This document shows positions 41,314 through 51,464 of a stretch of 64,000 nucleotides of DNA, piece by piece. A program made the position numbers and the translations under genes. Position 1 is the first letter of the stretch; the number at the start of each line of letters is the position of its first letter. Source of the stretch: a virus (taxonomy: Duplodnaviria; Caudoviricetes); IMG/VR virus record IMGVR_UViG_3300042888_001972, positions 25,272 through 89,271 of that record; one strand, 5' to 3'. Below the pieces are notes generated by a model. The model was given only the letters and a program-made list of their open reading frames with translations. It was not told the DNA's origin and ran no database searches.

Positions 41314-41949
41314 ATGAAAGATTATTACGATACCATTGTTGGAAAAACAACAATTTCACCTAAAACAATTTTAGAAATTGGGTCAAGAGACGGTAATGAC
41401 GCAGATGAATTAATGAAATATTTTCAATTAAATAATGAAGATGTGTGGGTAGTGGAACCTAACCCGAATCAAATTAAAGTTATTGAAGATTCTCACCCTA
41501 ATTTTAATTTAATACCAAACGCGATTTTTAGTGAAGAAACTGAACATGATTTTTATCAAGTTATTGGAAACGACCCTAATGATGTGGGTACTAGTTCATT
41601 AATTAATCGTAATGATGATTGGTATAAATCAAAAACAAATATAATAAAAGTAAAAACAATAACCGGTAAACAGTTGTTAGATAAAATAAACCGAGAAGTT
41701 GATATTTGTAAAGTTGATGTTGAAGGATTAACAATTGAAGTTTTAAGTAGTTTTTTAGAATTTATCACTAAAATTAAATCTTTCCATTTAGAATGCGAAC
41801 ATCGTGAAGTTTGGAAAAATCAAAAATTATATGATGATGTTGCCAAATTCTTAATCGATAAAAATTATACTCAAGTTTATTTTCAGTATTGTTCCGGAGG
41901 CACTTTACAGTCTGATAGTATATGGGTTTTAAATGATTATTTAAAATAA
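41314..41949 (+). CDS. FkbM-family SAM-dependent methyltransferase
   Basis: LEIGSRDG, VEPNP, KVDVEG. Confidence 0.85.
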   Translation: MKDYYDTIVGKTTISPKTILEIGSRDGNDADELMKYFQLNNEDVWVVEPNPNQIKVIEDSHPNFNLIPNAIFSEETEHDFYQVIGNDPNDVGTSSLINRNDDWYKSKTNIIKVKTITGKQLLDKINREVDICKVDVEGLTIEVLSSFLEFITKIKSFHLECEHREVWKNQKLYDDVAKFLIDKNYTQVYFQYCSGGTLQSDSIWVLNDYLK

Positions 41950-41956
41950 AAAAAAA

Positions 41957-42637
41957 ATGAAGATATTAGTATTAATAATGTCTCATGAAACAACTGATAG
42001 TAATTTTGTTAATTATAAGAGAGTATGGGATGAACAAATTTCAAAATTAGATACTTCAAGATTTAATATAGAATTTAAATTTTTATATTCTAATAATGAA
42101 ATATCTGAAGAATACTTAATTCAGGGTAATAATTTGATTACTCGATGTTATGAAAATTATTGGTTCTCTTTAATTTTAAAAGTTATGAGTGGGTTTGATT
42201 ATTTCATTAAAAATGATTTTGACTTAGTTTTTAAAACCAATCTTTCAACTATTATTAATTTTGAAAAATTTTACGAATACTGTGAACAAATTCCTGAAAC
42301 AAGGGAATTTGTTTATGATGGAGTTGTCGGTAATTATCAAGGATATTTGTTTTGTTCCGGAGCCGGAATGTTATTAAACAAAAAATCTGTTAATCTAGTA
42401 TTAAACAGTAAAGAACATTTAAATGAATCATGGACCGATGATATTTTTATTGGTTTTATATTAAATGACTTAAATAATATACGTCCATGTCCATTATTGA
42501 CAAGGTTTGATATTGATAAAGATAATACAACGGTTAATGAAGAAATGGTTAAATCTCATTCACATACCAGAATAAAAATCAGGTCAGGAAATCAAGATGA
42601 GTTATACACCAACATGGTTTATAACATTCTTAAATAA
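41957..42637 (+). CDS. GT31/Fringe-like glycosyltransferase
   Basis: FKTNLST, FCSGAGMLL, DDIFIG. Confidence 0.6.
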   Translation: MKILVLIMSHETTDSNFVNYKRVWDEQISKLDTSRFNIEFKFLYSNNEISEEYLIQGNNLITRCYENYWFSLILKVMSGFDYFIKNDFDLVFKTNLSTIINFEKFYEYCEQIPETREFVYDGVVGNYQGYLFCSGAGMLLNKKSVNLVLNSKEHLNESWTDDIFIGFILNDLNNIRPCPLLTRFDIDKDNTTVNEEMVKSHSHTRIKIRSGNQDELYTNMVYNILK

Positions 42638-42675
42638 AATAATTAAGTTAGTATAATTATAATATAAAAAAACAC

Positions 42676-43377
42676 ATGAAATTAGGATTATCAACAATGA
42701 CCAAAAATCAAGGGTCAAGATTAAAAGAATGGGTTACATATCATAATAATTTAGGTGTCGAAAAATTTATATTTTTTTTAGACAATTGTACCGATGATTC
42801 TCATCTAATATTGTCTGAAATTAAAAATATAGATATTGACATTTATTTAACTTCAGAAATTAAACCAAATCAAGTTGTTGATTCTTGGATTCTTCGTAGC
42901 CATAAAATGTATGATTTTACCTTAGAAAACTACTCTGATTTAGATTGGATTTGTTTTATTGAAGTTGATGAATTTATATACCCTCAAACAAATGTTGGAT
43001 TTAAACCATTTTTAGAATCGTTAGATAGTGAATGTTTGTATATTAATTCATGGGATTTTAAAGGAGGGTTTGACGAAAATCTTCCAATTATTGGTCAATC
43101 AAATTTAGTTTGGACCGATGAACAAAGATTTAATTCGGATTATAGATGGAGAGGAAAATCAATAATTAAACCAAAAAATTTTGTAAAGTGTATGGATGCT
43201 CATCATTTCATGAGAACTGACGGTAGAATTTCAGGAGAATTTAAAATTGAGCATGTTAATTTTTTACAGGTTAATTATGGTAAAGAAGTTACAATCGATG
43301 ACACACTATTCAAAATTTTTCATTTTAGAAATCACACTCCAAATAATATGACCAAATATAGAATAATAGAATACTAA
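42676..43377 (+). CDS. GT92/GT2-like glycosyltransferase
   Basis: LKEWVTYHNNLGVEKF, DNCTD, EVDEF, KSI, HF. Confidence 0.75.
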   Translation: MKLGLSTMTKNQGSRLKEWVTYHNNLGVEKFIFFLDNCTDDSHLILSEIKNIDIDIYLTSEIKPNQVVDSWILRSHKMYDFTLENYSDLDWICFIEVDEFIYPQTNVGFKPFLESLDSECLYINSWDFKGGFDENLPIIGQSNLVWTDEQRFNSDYRWRGKSIIKPKNFVKCMDAHHFMRTDGRISGEFKIEHVNFLQVNYGKEVTIDDTLFKIFHFRNHTPNNMTKYRIIEY

Positions 43378-43382
43378 AAATT

Positions 43383-44369
43383 ATGAATATAGCAATTATT
43401 GGAGGTGGATGGATTGGATGTCATTTAGCGGTCAAACTAAAAAATACACATAGTGTTACACTATACGAAAAAAATAAAAACTTATTTGAAGAAACTTCAT
43501 ATAATAATCAAAATAGATTACATATCGGATTTCACTATTCAAGGAATTCTAAAACAAGGAATTTATGTTTAAATACATTTAATAGATTTTTAGATGATTA
43601 TTCATTTCTAACTAAAGAGTTACCTAAAAATTTATATTGTATCCCTCAAAATGAATCAATAATTGATTATGGTACATTTAAAGAAATATTTAACAAATAC
43701 AACATTGAAGAGGTTTCTACCAATTTAAAAAACATTGAGGGTTGTGTTAACACAGATGAAAGATTTATTAATTTTAAACATGCCAATTCATTCTTTAATC
43801 AAGAATTAAAAGATTTGGTAATTAATGAAACTGTCGATAAATTAAAGTTAAAAAAACTTCAAACAGAATATGATTTAGTAATTAATTGTACTAATAATCA
43901 CATAAAAGACAAAAACCAATCCAATTCGTTTTATGAACCAACTATTACATTAATTTATGAAAAAATTAATGAAACATCATTTGATGCATTAACATTGGTC
44001 GATGGGAAATTATTTTCAATTTATCCATATCAAAATAATGAATATACTATTACAGATGTTGAACATACTCCAATTAAAAAATTTAAGTCAGTTAAAAAAT
44101 TAAATAAATTTATATCTGAGTTTAACACAGATATAATTAAAGAAAAACGGGATTTAATTGAATCTCGTATTAAAAAATACTATATTGATTTCACCAATGA
44201 TTTTAAATATAAATCTTATTTTTTATCAACAAAATCAAAAATAGAAAATTTATCTGATGATAGGTCTCCTATTATCAGTATTGATGGAAATTTAATTAAT
44301 TGTTTTACGGGTAAAATACAAGGAATTTATTTAATAGAGGATTACCTAAAAGAACAATATAATTTATGA
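43383..44369 (+). CDS. FAD-dependent oxidoreductase
   Basis: IIGGGWIG, NQNRLHIGFHY. Confidence 0.85.
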   Translation: MNIAIIGGGWIGCHLAVKLKNTHSVTLYEKNKNLFEETSYNNQNRLHIGFHYSRNSKTRNLCLNTFNRFLDDYSFLTKELPKNLYCIPQNESIIDYGTFKEIFNKYNIEEVSTNLKNIEGCVNTDERFINFKHANSFFNQELKDLVINETVDKLKLKKLQTEYDLVINCTNNHIKDKNQSNSFYEPTITLIYEKINETSFDALTLVDGKLFSIYPYQNNEYTITDVEHTPIKKFKSVKKLNKFISEFNTDIIKEKRDLIESRIKKYYIDFTNDFKYKSYFLSTKSKIENLSDDRSPIISIDGNLINCFTGKIQGIYLIEDYLKEQYNL

Positions 44370-45403
44370 CAAGAGAAGAATTAACACAATTATTTGACAC
44401 TTACCTTAAAAGAGATTTTAGTGATTACGAATGGAAGGTTCATAATCGAAAAGATTATGATTCATTTGAACACGAATTACGAAATTGTGAAGAATACCAT
44501 AACACATCAAAAATTGATGACAGATTTAAAATTGGAATATTACTCACCGGGCATATTAGAAATAATGATATTTTACAAGGTATTTTAAGAAAAATTAAAA
44601 AATTAGACTATGATGTATTCATTCATACATGGGACAATATCGGTAAAAAAAATAATGAGACTAATTTAAATGATGTTTTAGAGATGGATAAAGTAAATTT
44701 TGAAATATCTAAAATACCTAATGTTAAATCAGTTTTAATTGAAAATAATAAAAAAGTAATAAGTAAAATTAAAACAATTAATGGATATTTTAATTACTCG
44801 TCTCCTGAGGTTTTTATTAAGTCACAACTATATTCAATTAACCAATCATTTAAACTACTTGAGGAATACTCTGAAAAAACTAAAACTAAGTATGACATTA
44901 TTTTTAAATTTAGATTTGACACCAATATTGACACTTTTATATTAGATGATGATTTAATCAAAGATATTATTGAAAATAATATTATCTTTGTACCAAATGG
45001 AGATAATAATCATATTCATAGTGATTATGGTACTTCCTGTCATGCATGTGATACTATGTACTACAAATACGGATTAAAAAAAGTTCATATTTTTGCACAT
45101 ACAACAATTATTTGCGATTTGTTTGCATATGGTAGTTATAAATCAATGAAAGATTATTGTGACGTTTATAATCATTATGATAACATTAATAAATCATTTA
45201 TTGATGAGAATATGGAATCATTAAAAACTAATGGTGAAAATGTGGTATTTGAAAATGGTAATTATATGATGCAAGGTTATGAAGGACACATTGATTCTTG
45301 TTATTATTTTAATTGTTCATATCCTGAAAGAGTACTTCAAGTTCATTTAAAAAAATATATGTTGATTCAATCAAAAAAAGTAAAATTAAATTTAGTTCGA
45401 TGA
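44366..45403 (+). CDS. Putative glycosyltransferase-like protein
   Basis: LTGHIR, DVFIHTWD, YDIIFKFRFD, DLFAYG, PE motifs; cluster context. Confidence 0.5.
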   Translation: MTREELTQLFDTYLKRDFSDYEWKVHNRKDYDSFEHELRNCEEYHNTSKIDDRFKIGILLTGHIRNNDILQGILRKIKKLDYDVFIHTWDNIGKKNNETNLNDVLEMDKVNFEISKIPNVKSVLIENNKKVISKIKTINGYFNYSSPEVFIKSQLYSINQSFKLLEEYSEKTKTKYDIIFKFRFDTNIDTFILDDDLIKDIIENNIIFVPNGDNNHIHSDYGTSCHACDTMYYKYGLKKVHIFAHTTIICDLFAYGSYKSMKDYCDVYNHYDNINKSFIDENMESLKTNGENVVFENGNYMMQGYEGHIDSCYYFNCSYPERVLQVHLKKYMLIQSKKVKLNLVR

Positions 45404-46167
45404 AAATTATTATAGGAAACACGGGATTAGTTGGGACAACACTATGCGAATCAATTAATTTTGATTTAAAATTTAATAGCACAAATTTACCAGATTTTCC
45501 AAACATTGTTGAGGATGGGTCTGAATTATATTTAACTTGTTTACCGGCAACAAAATGGATGGTAAATAAAAATGTGACAGGAGATTTTGAAAATTTAATA
45601 AACATTTTGAATGTTATCAAACAAAAAAAATATTCTAAAGTTATTTTAATATCAACAATTGATGTTTACAATAATTCTCCATTAAAATCAAATGAAAATA
45701 CATCCCCTTTAGTTCAAAATCTTAACTATGGGAATAATCGTTACTTATTTGAAGTTCTTATTAAAGAATACCTACAAACTGAAGAGTTAAAAATATTTCG
45801 ATTACCGGCTTTATTTAATCGACACATTAAAAAGAATATACTATTTGATTTAATTAACAACAATAATGTTGAATCGATTAATTCAAATTCATCTTTCCAA
45901 TGGTATAATTTAAATAACTTATCAAATGATATTATCAAATATTCAGAAAAATATCCAAACGAGACGGTGTTTAATTTATTTCCAGAACCTATCAATTCAT
46001 TAGAAATTATAAATCTATTCCCATCTCTATCTAATCAAGTTAATTTTTCGGAAAACAAAATCGTTTATGATTTTACTACAAAATTATCTAATAATGATTA
46101 TATTTCAACTAAAGAAGAAATATTAACAGAAATTAAAGAATTAATAAATGAACTTAGCATTAAGTAA
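45400..46167 (+). CDS. NAD-dependent epimerase/dehydratase-like protein
   Basis: IGNTGLVG, ISTIDVY, YGNNR, RLPALF. Confidence 0.75.
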   Translation: MKIIIGNTGLVGTTLCESINFDLKFNSTNLPDFPNIVEDGSELYLTCLPATKWMVNKNVTGDFENLINILNVIKQKKYSKVILISTIDVYNNSPLKSNENTSPLVQNLNYGNNRYLFEVLIKEYLQTEELKIFRLPALFNRHIKKNILFDLINNNNVESINSNSSFQWYNLNNLSNDIIKYSEKYPNETVFNLFPEPINSLEIINLFPSLSNQVNFSENKIVYDFTTKLSNNDYISTKEEILTEIKELINELSIK

Positions 46168-46912
46168 TTTTGCATGGGATACTCAAGAATCTGAAGAAAC
46201 ATTTGACACCCTAAAAAAAATAGGTATTACCTCAATTGAAGGTGTTTTATCTAAGTTAAATTCTTGGGAAGAATTATCTAATGATAAAATTACCGAATAT
46301 AAATCATTATTAGACTCACAGGGTATTTCAATATTGTCACTTCAATCATTATTTTATGGGGTTAAATGTGATAGTATATTAGATGAAAATATTTTCATTA
46401 CTCATTTCTCAAAATTAATTGAATATTCTAAATTACTTTCCGTAAATGTATTAGTTTTTGGTTCACCGTCTCTTAGAAAAAAATCAACAGGGTGGGATGT
46501 ACTATTACCGTCAATTTTTAAAAAATTAGACATACTACTTGATGGTACCGGAATCCAAATATCAATTGAACCAAATTCAAAAATATATGGTGGAGAATAT
46601 TTCTTTACAGTTTCTGAAATTGTTGATTTTATTACCCTTAATCAATTGAAGAATATTAAAACAATGATTGACACCCATAACATTATTTTGGAAGACTTAG
46701 ACCCTATAAAAGAGCTTGAAGACAATTATGAATATATCAATCATATTCATATTTCAGAAAAAAAATTATCCCCAATTAACAATCCAAATTTTCACTTAAA
46801 ATTTTCAAGTCAAATAAAAGAATTGGGATACAATAAAACAATCACATACGAAGTAATGAAATGCGAAAACATTATGGATTCTGTTAAAAATTTTTATGAA
46901 ATTTATAAATAA
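46148..46912 (+). CDS. Sugar-phosphate isomerase/epimerase (xylose isomerase-like TIM barrel)
   Basis: VFGSP, IEPN, DTHN, HIHISE. Confidence 0.8.
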   Translation: MNLALSNFAWDTQESEETFDTLKKIGITSIEGVLSKLNSWEELSNDKITEYKSLLDSQGISILSLQSLFYGVKCDSILDENIFITHFSKLIEYSKLLSVNVLVFGSPSLRKKSTGWDVLLPSIFKKLDILLDGTGIQISIEPNSKIYGGEYFFTVSEIVDFITLNQLKNIKTMIDTHNIILEDLDPIKELEDNYEYINHIHISEKKLSPINNPNFHLKFSSQIKELGYNKTITYEVMKCENIMDSVKNFYEIYK

Positions 46913-46918
46913 AACAAT

Positions 46919-47821
46919 ATGAAAAAGTTATTAGTTACCGGAGGTCAAGGATTAGTAGGGTCTTCAATAAACTCTGAATATAAAATTGGTCGAGAGTTTG
47001 ATTTAATTAATTTTGAAGAAACTCAAAAAATGTTCGAGAAATATAAACCAACTCAAGTAATTCATTGTGCTGGTAAAGTCGGTGGAGTTGGTGGAAATAT
47101 GAATCACAAAGGAGAATACTTTTATGATAATATTATGATTAACACTAACGTAATAGAATCCGCAAGAAAAAATGGAGTCGAGAAATTGGTATCCTTTTTA
47201 TCTACTTGTGTTTTCCCGGATAATGTTGAGTATCCGTTGACTGAATCAAAAATCCATTTAGGAGAACCTCATAATTCAAACTATCCTTACGCATATGCTA
47301 AACGAATGGCCGATGTCCAAATCAGAGCATATAGAGAACAATACGGATTAAATTATGTTTCAGTAATTCCAACAAACATATACGGACCAAATGATAATTT
47401 TTCATTAACTCATGGACACGTAATGCCAATGTTAATTCATAAACTTTATTTAGCTCAAAAAAATAATACAGATTTTACAGTATGGGGGTCAGGAAATCCA
47501 TTGAGAGAATTTATTTTTTCAAAAGACATTGCAAAACTATCTGAATGGGCTGTCAATCATTATGACGAATCAGAACCAATAATATTTAGCACATCTGAAG
47601 AGATTAGTATTAAAGATTTGGTTGATTTATTAGTGAAAGAATTTAATTTTAAAGGTAGGGTCACATTTGATTCATCAAAACCTGATGGTCAATTTAGGAA
47701 ACCATCTGACAATAGTAAATTAAAATCGTATTTACCCGATTTTCAATTCACTCCAATTGAAGAAGGAATAAAAGAAACCGTAAATTGGTTTATAACAAAT
47801 TATGAAAATGCCAGAAAATAA
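46919..47821 (+). CDS. fcl: GDP-L-fucose synthase
   Basis: GGQGLVG, AGKVGG, STCVFP, YAYAK, PTNIYGPNDNF, WGSG.PLREF, KPDG. Confidence 0.93.
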   Translation: MKKLLVTGGQGLVGSSINSEYKIGREFDLINFEETQKMFEKYKPTQVIHCAGKVGGVGGNMNHKGEYFYDNIMINTNVIESARKNGVEKLVSFLSTCVFPDNVEYPLTESKIHLGEPHNSNYPYAYAKRMADVQIRAYREQYGLNYVSVIPTNIYGPNDNFSLTHGHVMPMLIHKLYLAQKNNTDFTVWGSGNPLREFIFSKDIAKLSEWAVNHYDESEPIIFSTSEEISIKDLVDLLVKEFNFKGRVTFDSSKPDGQFRKPSDNSKLKSYLPDFQFTPIEEGIKETVNWFITNYENARK

Positions 47822-48797
47822 AATAGCACTAATAACAGGAATTAACGGTCAAGATGGTTCTTATTTATCAGAATTTTTACTACAAAAAGGTTATGAAGTT
47901 CATGGAACTTTAAAACGTAATTCTGTTGCGGAAAATCAAACATCAAGATTAGAATCCATTTATAATAAAGTTAATCTACACTACGCCGATTTAACTGACT
48001 TATCTTCATTAATCAGTGTTATTCAAAAAGTAAATCCGGACGAGATTTATAATTTGGCAGCACAATCTCATGTTAGAATATCTTTTGACCAACCATTGTA
48101 CACTGCAAACGTTACAGGTATTGGTACATTGAATATGTTGGAGGCGGTTAAATTAATTAAACCAAATACTAAAATCTATCAAGCATCTTCTTCTGAAATG
48201 TTCGGCAATTCAATTGATGATGACGGGTATCAAAGAGAAACAACCCCAATGAATCCTGTATCTCCATATGGATGCGCAAAAGTATTTAGTTATAATATAT
48301 GTAGAAATTATCGTAATTCATACAATATGTTCATTTCAAATGGTATTTTATTCAATCATGAATCACCAAGAAGAGGAACAAATTTTGTAACGAACAAAGT
48401 ATGTAAAGAGGCCGTAAAAATTAAATTAGGATTATCCACCGAATTAAAATTAGGTAACTTAGATGCAACAAGAGATTGGGGTCATGCAAAGGATTACGTT
48501 GAAGCTATGTGGTTAATATTACAAGAAAACACATCAGATGATTTTGTTTGTTCAACTGGAATATCACATTCGGTTAAAGATTTATGTGAATATGTTTTCA
48601 ACAAATTAGAATTAAATTATAAAGATTACGTTAAATTAGATAATAAATTTTTAAGACCTGAGGAATTACATAACCTTAAAGGAGATTCAACAAAATTAAA
48701 AAAGTTAACAGGATGGACACCTGAATACACTTTTGAAAGTATGTTGGACGAAATGGTTGAATATTGGTTAAACCATTATAAATTAAATAAAAATTAA
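47802..48797 (+). CDS. gmd: GDP-mannose 4,6-dehydratase
   Basis: ITGINGQDGSYL, LAAQSHV, QASSSEMFG, SPYGCAK, FNHESPRRG, RDWGHAKDY. Confidence 0.96.
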   Translation: MKMPENKIALITGINGQDGSYLSEFLLQKGYEVHGTLKRNSVAENQTSRLESIYNKVNLHYADLTDLSSLISVIQKVNPDEIYNLAAQSHVRISFDQPLYTANVTGIGTLNMLEAVKLIKPNTKIYQASSSEMFGNSIDDDGYQRETTPMNPVSPYGCAKVFSYNICRNYRNSYNMFISNGILFNHESPRRGTNFVTNKVCKEAVKIKLGLSTELKLGNLDATRDWGHAKDYVEAMWLILQENTSDDFVCSTGISHSVKDLCEYVFNKLELNYKDYVKLDNKFLRPEELHNLKGDSTKLKKLTGWTPEYTFESMLDEMVEYWLNHYKLNKN

Positions 48798-48799
48798 AA

Positions 48800-49540
48800 A
48801 TGCAAAAACCGACAAGAGGTACAAGACCAAAACCAACTTCAACACCATTAAGTGATAAAGTTGATACAAGAACAAAAAAACAACTAATTTGTTCTTTGGT
48901 CAAAAAGAAAACTAAACAAAAGTTTCTATCGGAGAGTCAAAGAAAATATTACGATATTCTCAATAATAATCAAATCACAATTTGTTCAGGACCTGCAGGG
49001 GTAGGTAAAAGTTACATAGCAATGAAAGCAGCTGTGGACTTATTATTAGACGAGAACAATGCATATGAAAAAATAATCATTGTGCGTCCAGCGGTTGAAG
49101 CAGAAGAAAAACTTGGGAGTTTACCCGGAGGTGTTGAAGAAAAATTAGACCCTTACATTTTTCCATCATACTATCTTTTAAATAAAATAATCGGTAAAGA
49201 AACAAGAGAAAAATTAAAAGAAATTGAGGCAATTGAAGTTTTTGCATTGGCATATATGAGAGGAATGAATATTGACAATTCAATATTGATTTTTGAAGAA
49301 GCTCAAAATTCAACACCTAGTCAAATGAAACTTCTTCTAACAAGAATTGGATTTAATTCAAAATTTTTCATTTCAGGAGATTTAGAACAATTTGACAGAC
49401 ATAAAGATAAAACACAGACCGGATTATGGGATGCGTTAAAAAAGTTCCAAGATTTAGACGATGTTGGGACATTTGAATTTAACCCAGAAGATGTGGTAAG
49501 AAATCCACTAATATCTAAAATATTAAAAAGATACGAATAA
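48800..49540 (+). CDS. phoH: PhoH-family ATPase
   Basis: GPAGVGKS, LGSLPG, AYMRG, EEAQN, LLTRIG, VVRNPL. Confidence 0.93.
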   Translation: MQKPTRGTRPKPTSTPLSDKVDTRTKKQLICSLVKKKTKQKFLSESQRKYYDILNNNQITICSGPAGVGKSYIAMKAAVDLLLDENNAYEKIIIVRPAVEAEEKLGSLPGGVEEKLDPYIFPSYYLLNKIIGKETREKLKEIEAIEVFALAYMRGMNIDNSILIFEEAQNSTPSQMKLLLTRIGFNSKFFISGDLEQFDRHKDKTQTGLWDALKKFQDLDDVGTFEFNPEDVVRNPLISKILKRYE

Positions 49541-50136
49541 TGAGGATTGCAATAGAATTAAATGGGGTATTGAGAGACACTTTAAAAAAAATACAACAGG
49601 AATATGAAAAATGGTATTTAGAAAATCCATTCACTGACCCTGACGAAGAATTTGAATACCAAGTTATTTCAGAACTTAAAAGTTTAGATATAACAAACCA
49701 TTTAAAATTTAAAGATGAAGATGAATTGTATAATTTTCTATACAAAGAACATACTATGGAAATTTTTGGGCATGCAGGGTCTGTCGAAGTATCAAGTATG
49801 ATGGATTTTAATGAGTTTTATTTGGATGTTAGGGATAATCATGACATTTTAATTGTCTCGGATGAGATGGGTAAATCAAAACCAGCATCATTATTTTTTA
49901 TCTCAAAATTTGGGTGTTTGGTAGAAACAGTAAAATTTTACAGTGAAACCACAATAAATTCTATGTGGGATTCAATAGACGTTTTACTTACTGCAAATCC
50001 TAAACTATTATTAGAGCATCCTGAGAATAAAACGGTGATTAAATTCAACACCAATTACAACTCAGAAATTAACATCGAGCATTCAATATCAAGTATTAAA
50101 GAGCTCAAATCTAAAATATCAGAAATTTATGATTAA
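49540..50136 (+). CDS. HAD-fold 5'(3')-nucleotidase-like protein with degenerate motif I
   Basis: MRIAIELNGVLRD in place of IDxDGV; C-terminal NTNYN as in NT5C-like proteins. Confidence 0.5.
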   Translation: MRIAIELNGVLRDTLKKIQQEYEKWYLENPFTDPDEEFEYQVISELKSLDITNHLKFKDEDELYNFLYKEHTMEIFGHAGSVEVSSMMDFNEFYLDVRDNHDILIVSDEMGKSKPASLFFISKFGCLVETVKFYSETTINSMWDSIDVLLTANPKLLLEHPENKTVIKFNTNYNSEINIEHSISSIKELKSKISEIYD

Positions 50137-50407
50137 TGTATTAGGAGAAACTTATTATGTTGACTTAGACTTAGTTGAAGAGTATATTGGAATACCGAAC
50201 AACGAAGTGTCAATGTCAGGTGAAACATCTGAAATGAAAATAAACATTATTAAGTTTGACTTAGTTAAAATGTTATTAGACACAGTATTAACTGAACATG
50301 AAGATGGAGATGAAACTTTGGGGATGAAACAATCATCAAACACAAGTATTCCGTTTAGAATCGCATTCAACAGCTTATTAAATAAAAAACTTATAAATCA
50401 CTATTAA
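50129..50407 (+). CDS. Hypothetical protein
   Basis: 92 aa, overlapping operon arrangement. Confidence 0.7.
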   Translation: MINVLGETYYVDLDLVEEYIGIPNNEVSMSGETSEMKINIIKFDLVKMLLDTVLTEHEDGDETLGMKQSSNTSIPFRIAFNSLLNKKLINHY

Positions 50408-50410
50408 AAT

Positions 50411-51463
50411 ATGGAAAATTCGTTAGAAGAAAAAGTAAAACAATCTATCCTAACATTAAGAGACAAACAAGCCCGAATTTACCTATTAGTTCAAGATACT
50501 AAAGGTAACGCAAGAGCATCTGTCCGTTATATGTATCAAATGGGTAAAACATTAAAAGACAATGGGTTTAACCCAATTATACTTCATGAAAAGGCTGATT
50601 ATGCGGGTGTTGTCGCATGGTTAAGTGAAGAGTATATGGAGTTACCACATAAATCTATTGAAGGTCAAAACTTGGAAATATCTCCCGAAGACTTTTTAGT
50701 TATACCTGAAATATTTGGTTACGTTATGGACCAAGTAAAACAATTACCGTGTGCCAAAATTGTTTTAACACAATCTTACGCATATATGTTGGAGACATTA
50801 CAACCAGGTCAAACTTGGGCACAATTTGGGTTTATGAAGTGTATTACAACTAATAACAAACAAAAAGATTATATCGAGAAAGTTATGAGAAATTGTTCTT
50901 TTGATATTCTTGAACCTTATATTAGTGAGTCGTTCGAACCTAAATCTTTACCTCCAATGCCAATCATTGGTATTCACACTAAAGACCAAAGTGATGCCGT
51001 TAATTTAATTAAGACGTTCTATCTAAAATTCCCACAATATCGTTGGTTTACATTTAGAGATTTACGAGGTTTATCTGAAACTGAATTTGCTAATTCACTT
51101 AAAGATTGTTTTGTAAGTGTTTGGGTTGATAATGAAAGTGGTTTTGGAACATTCCCATTGGAATCTATGAAATGTAATGTACCGGTCATTGGTAAAGTAC
51201 CTAATTTACCACCTAGTTGGATGAATGAAGATAATGGAATATGGATAACAGACCAAACGTTACTTGCGGATGTTGTTGCAGATTTTATCCAAAATTGGTT
51301 AGAAGATAACATTAAACCTGAAGTTTATCAAGAAATGAAAAAAACATCAGAACAATTTTCAGATAAACAAAAATTCGAATCAACTGTAGTTACCTTATTT
51401 GAAGGTTATTTAAACACAAGAGCTGAAGCATTCGAACAACAAATAACAAAAACAGAAGAATAA
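50411..51463 (+). CDS. GT-B glycosyltransferase
   Basis: VIPE, ESGFGTFPLESMKCNVPVIG. Confidence 0.75.
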   Translation: MENSLEEKVKQSILTLRDKQARIYLLVQDTKGNARASVRYMYQMGKTLKDNGFNPIILHEKADYAGVVAWLSEEYMELPHKSIEGQNLEISPEDFLVIPEIFGYVMDQVKQLPCAKIVLTQSYAYMLETLQPGQTWAQFGFMKCITTNNKQKDYIEKVMRNCSFDILEPYISESFEPKSLPPMPIIGIHTKDQSDAVNLIKTFYLKFPQYRWFTFRDLRGLSETEFANSLKDCFVSVWVDNESGFGTFPLESMKCNVPVIGKVPNLPPSWMNEDNGIWITDQTLLADVVADFIQNWLEDNIKPEVYQEMKKTSEQFSDKQKFESTVVTLFEGYLNTRAEAFEQQITKTEE

Positions 51464-51464
51464 T

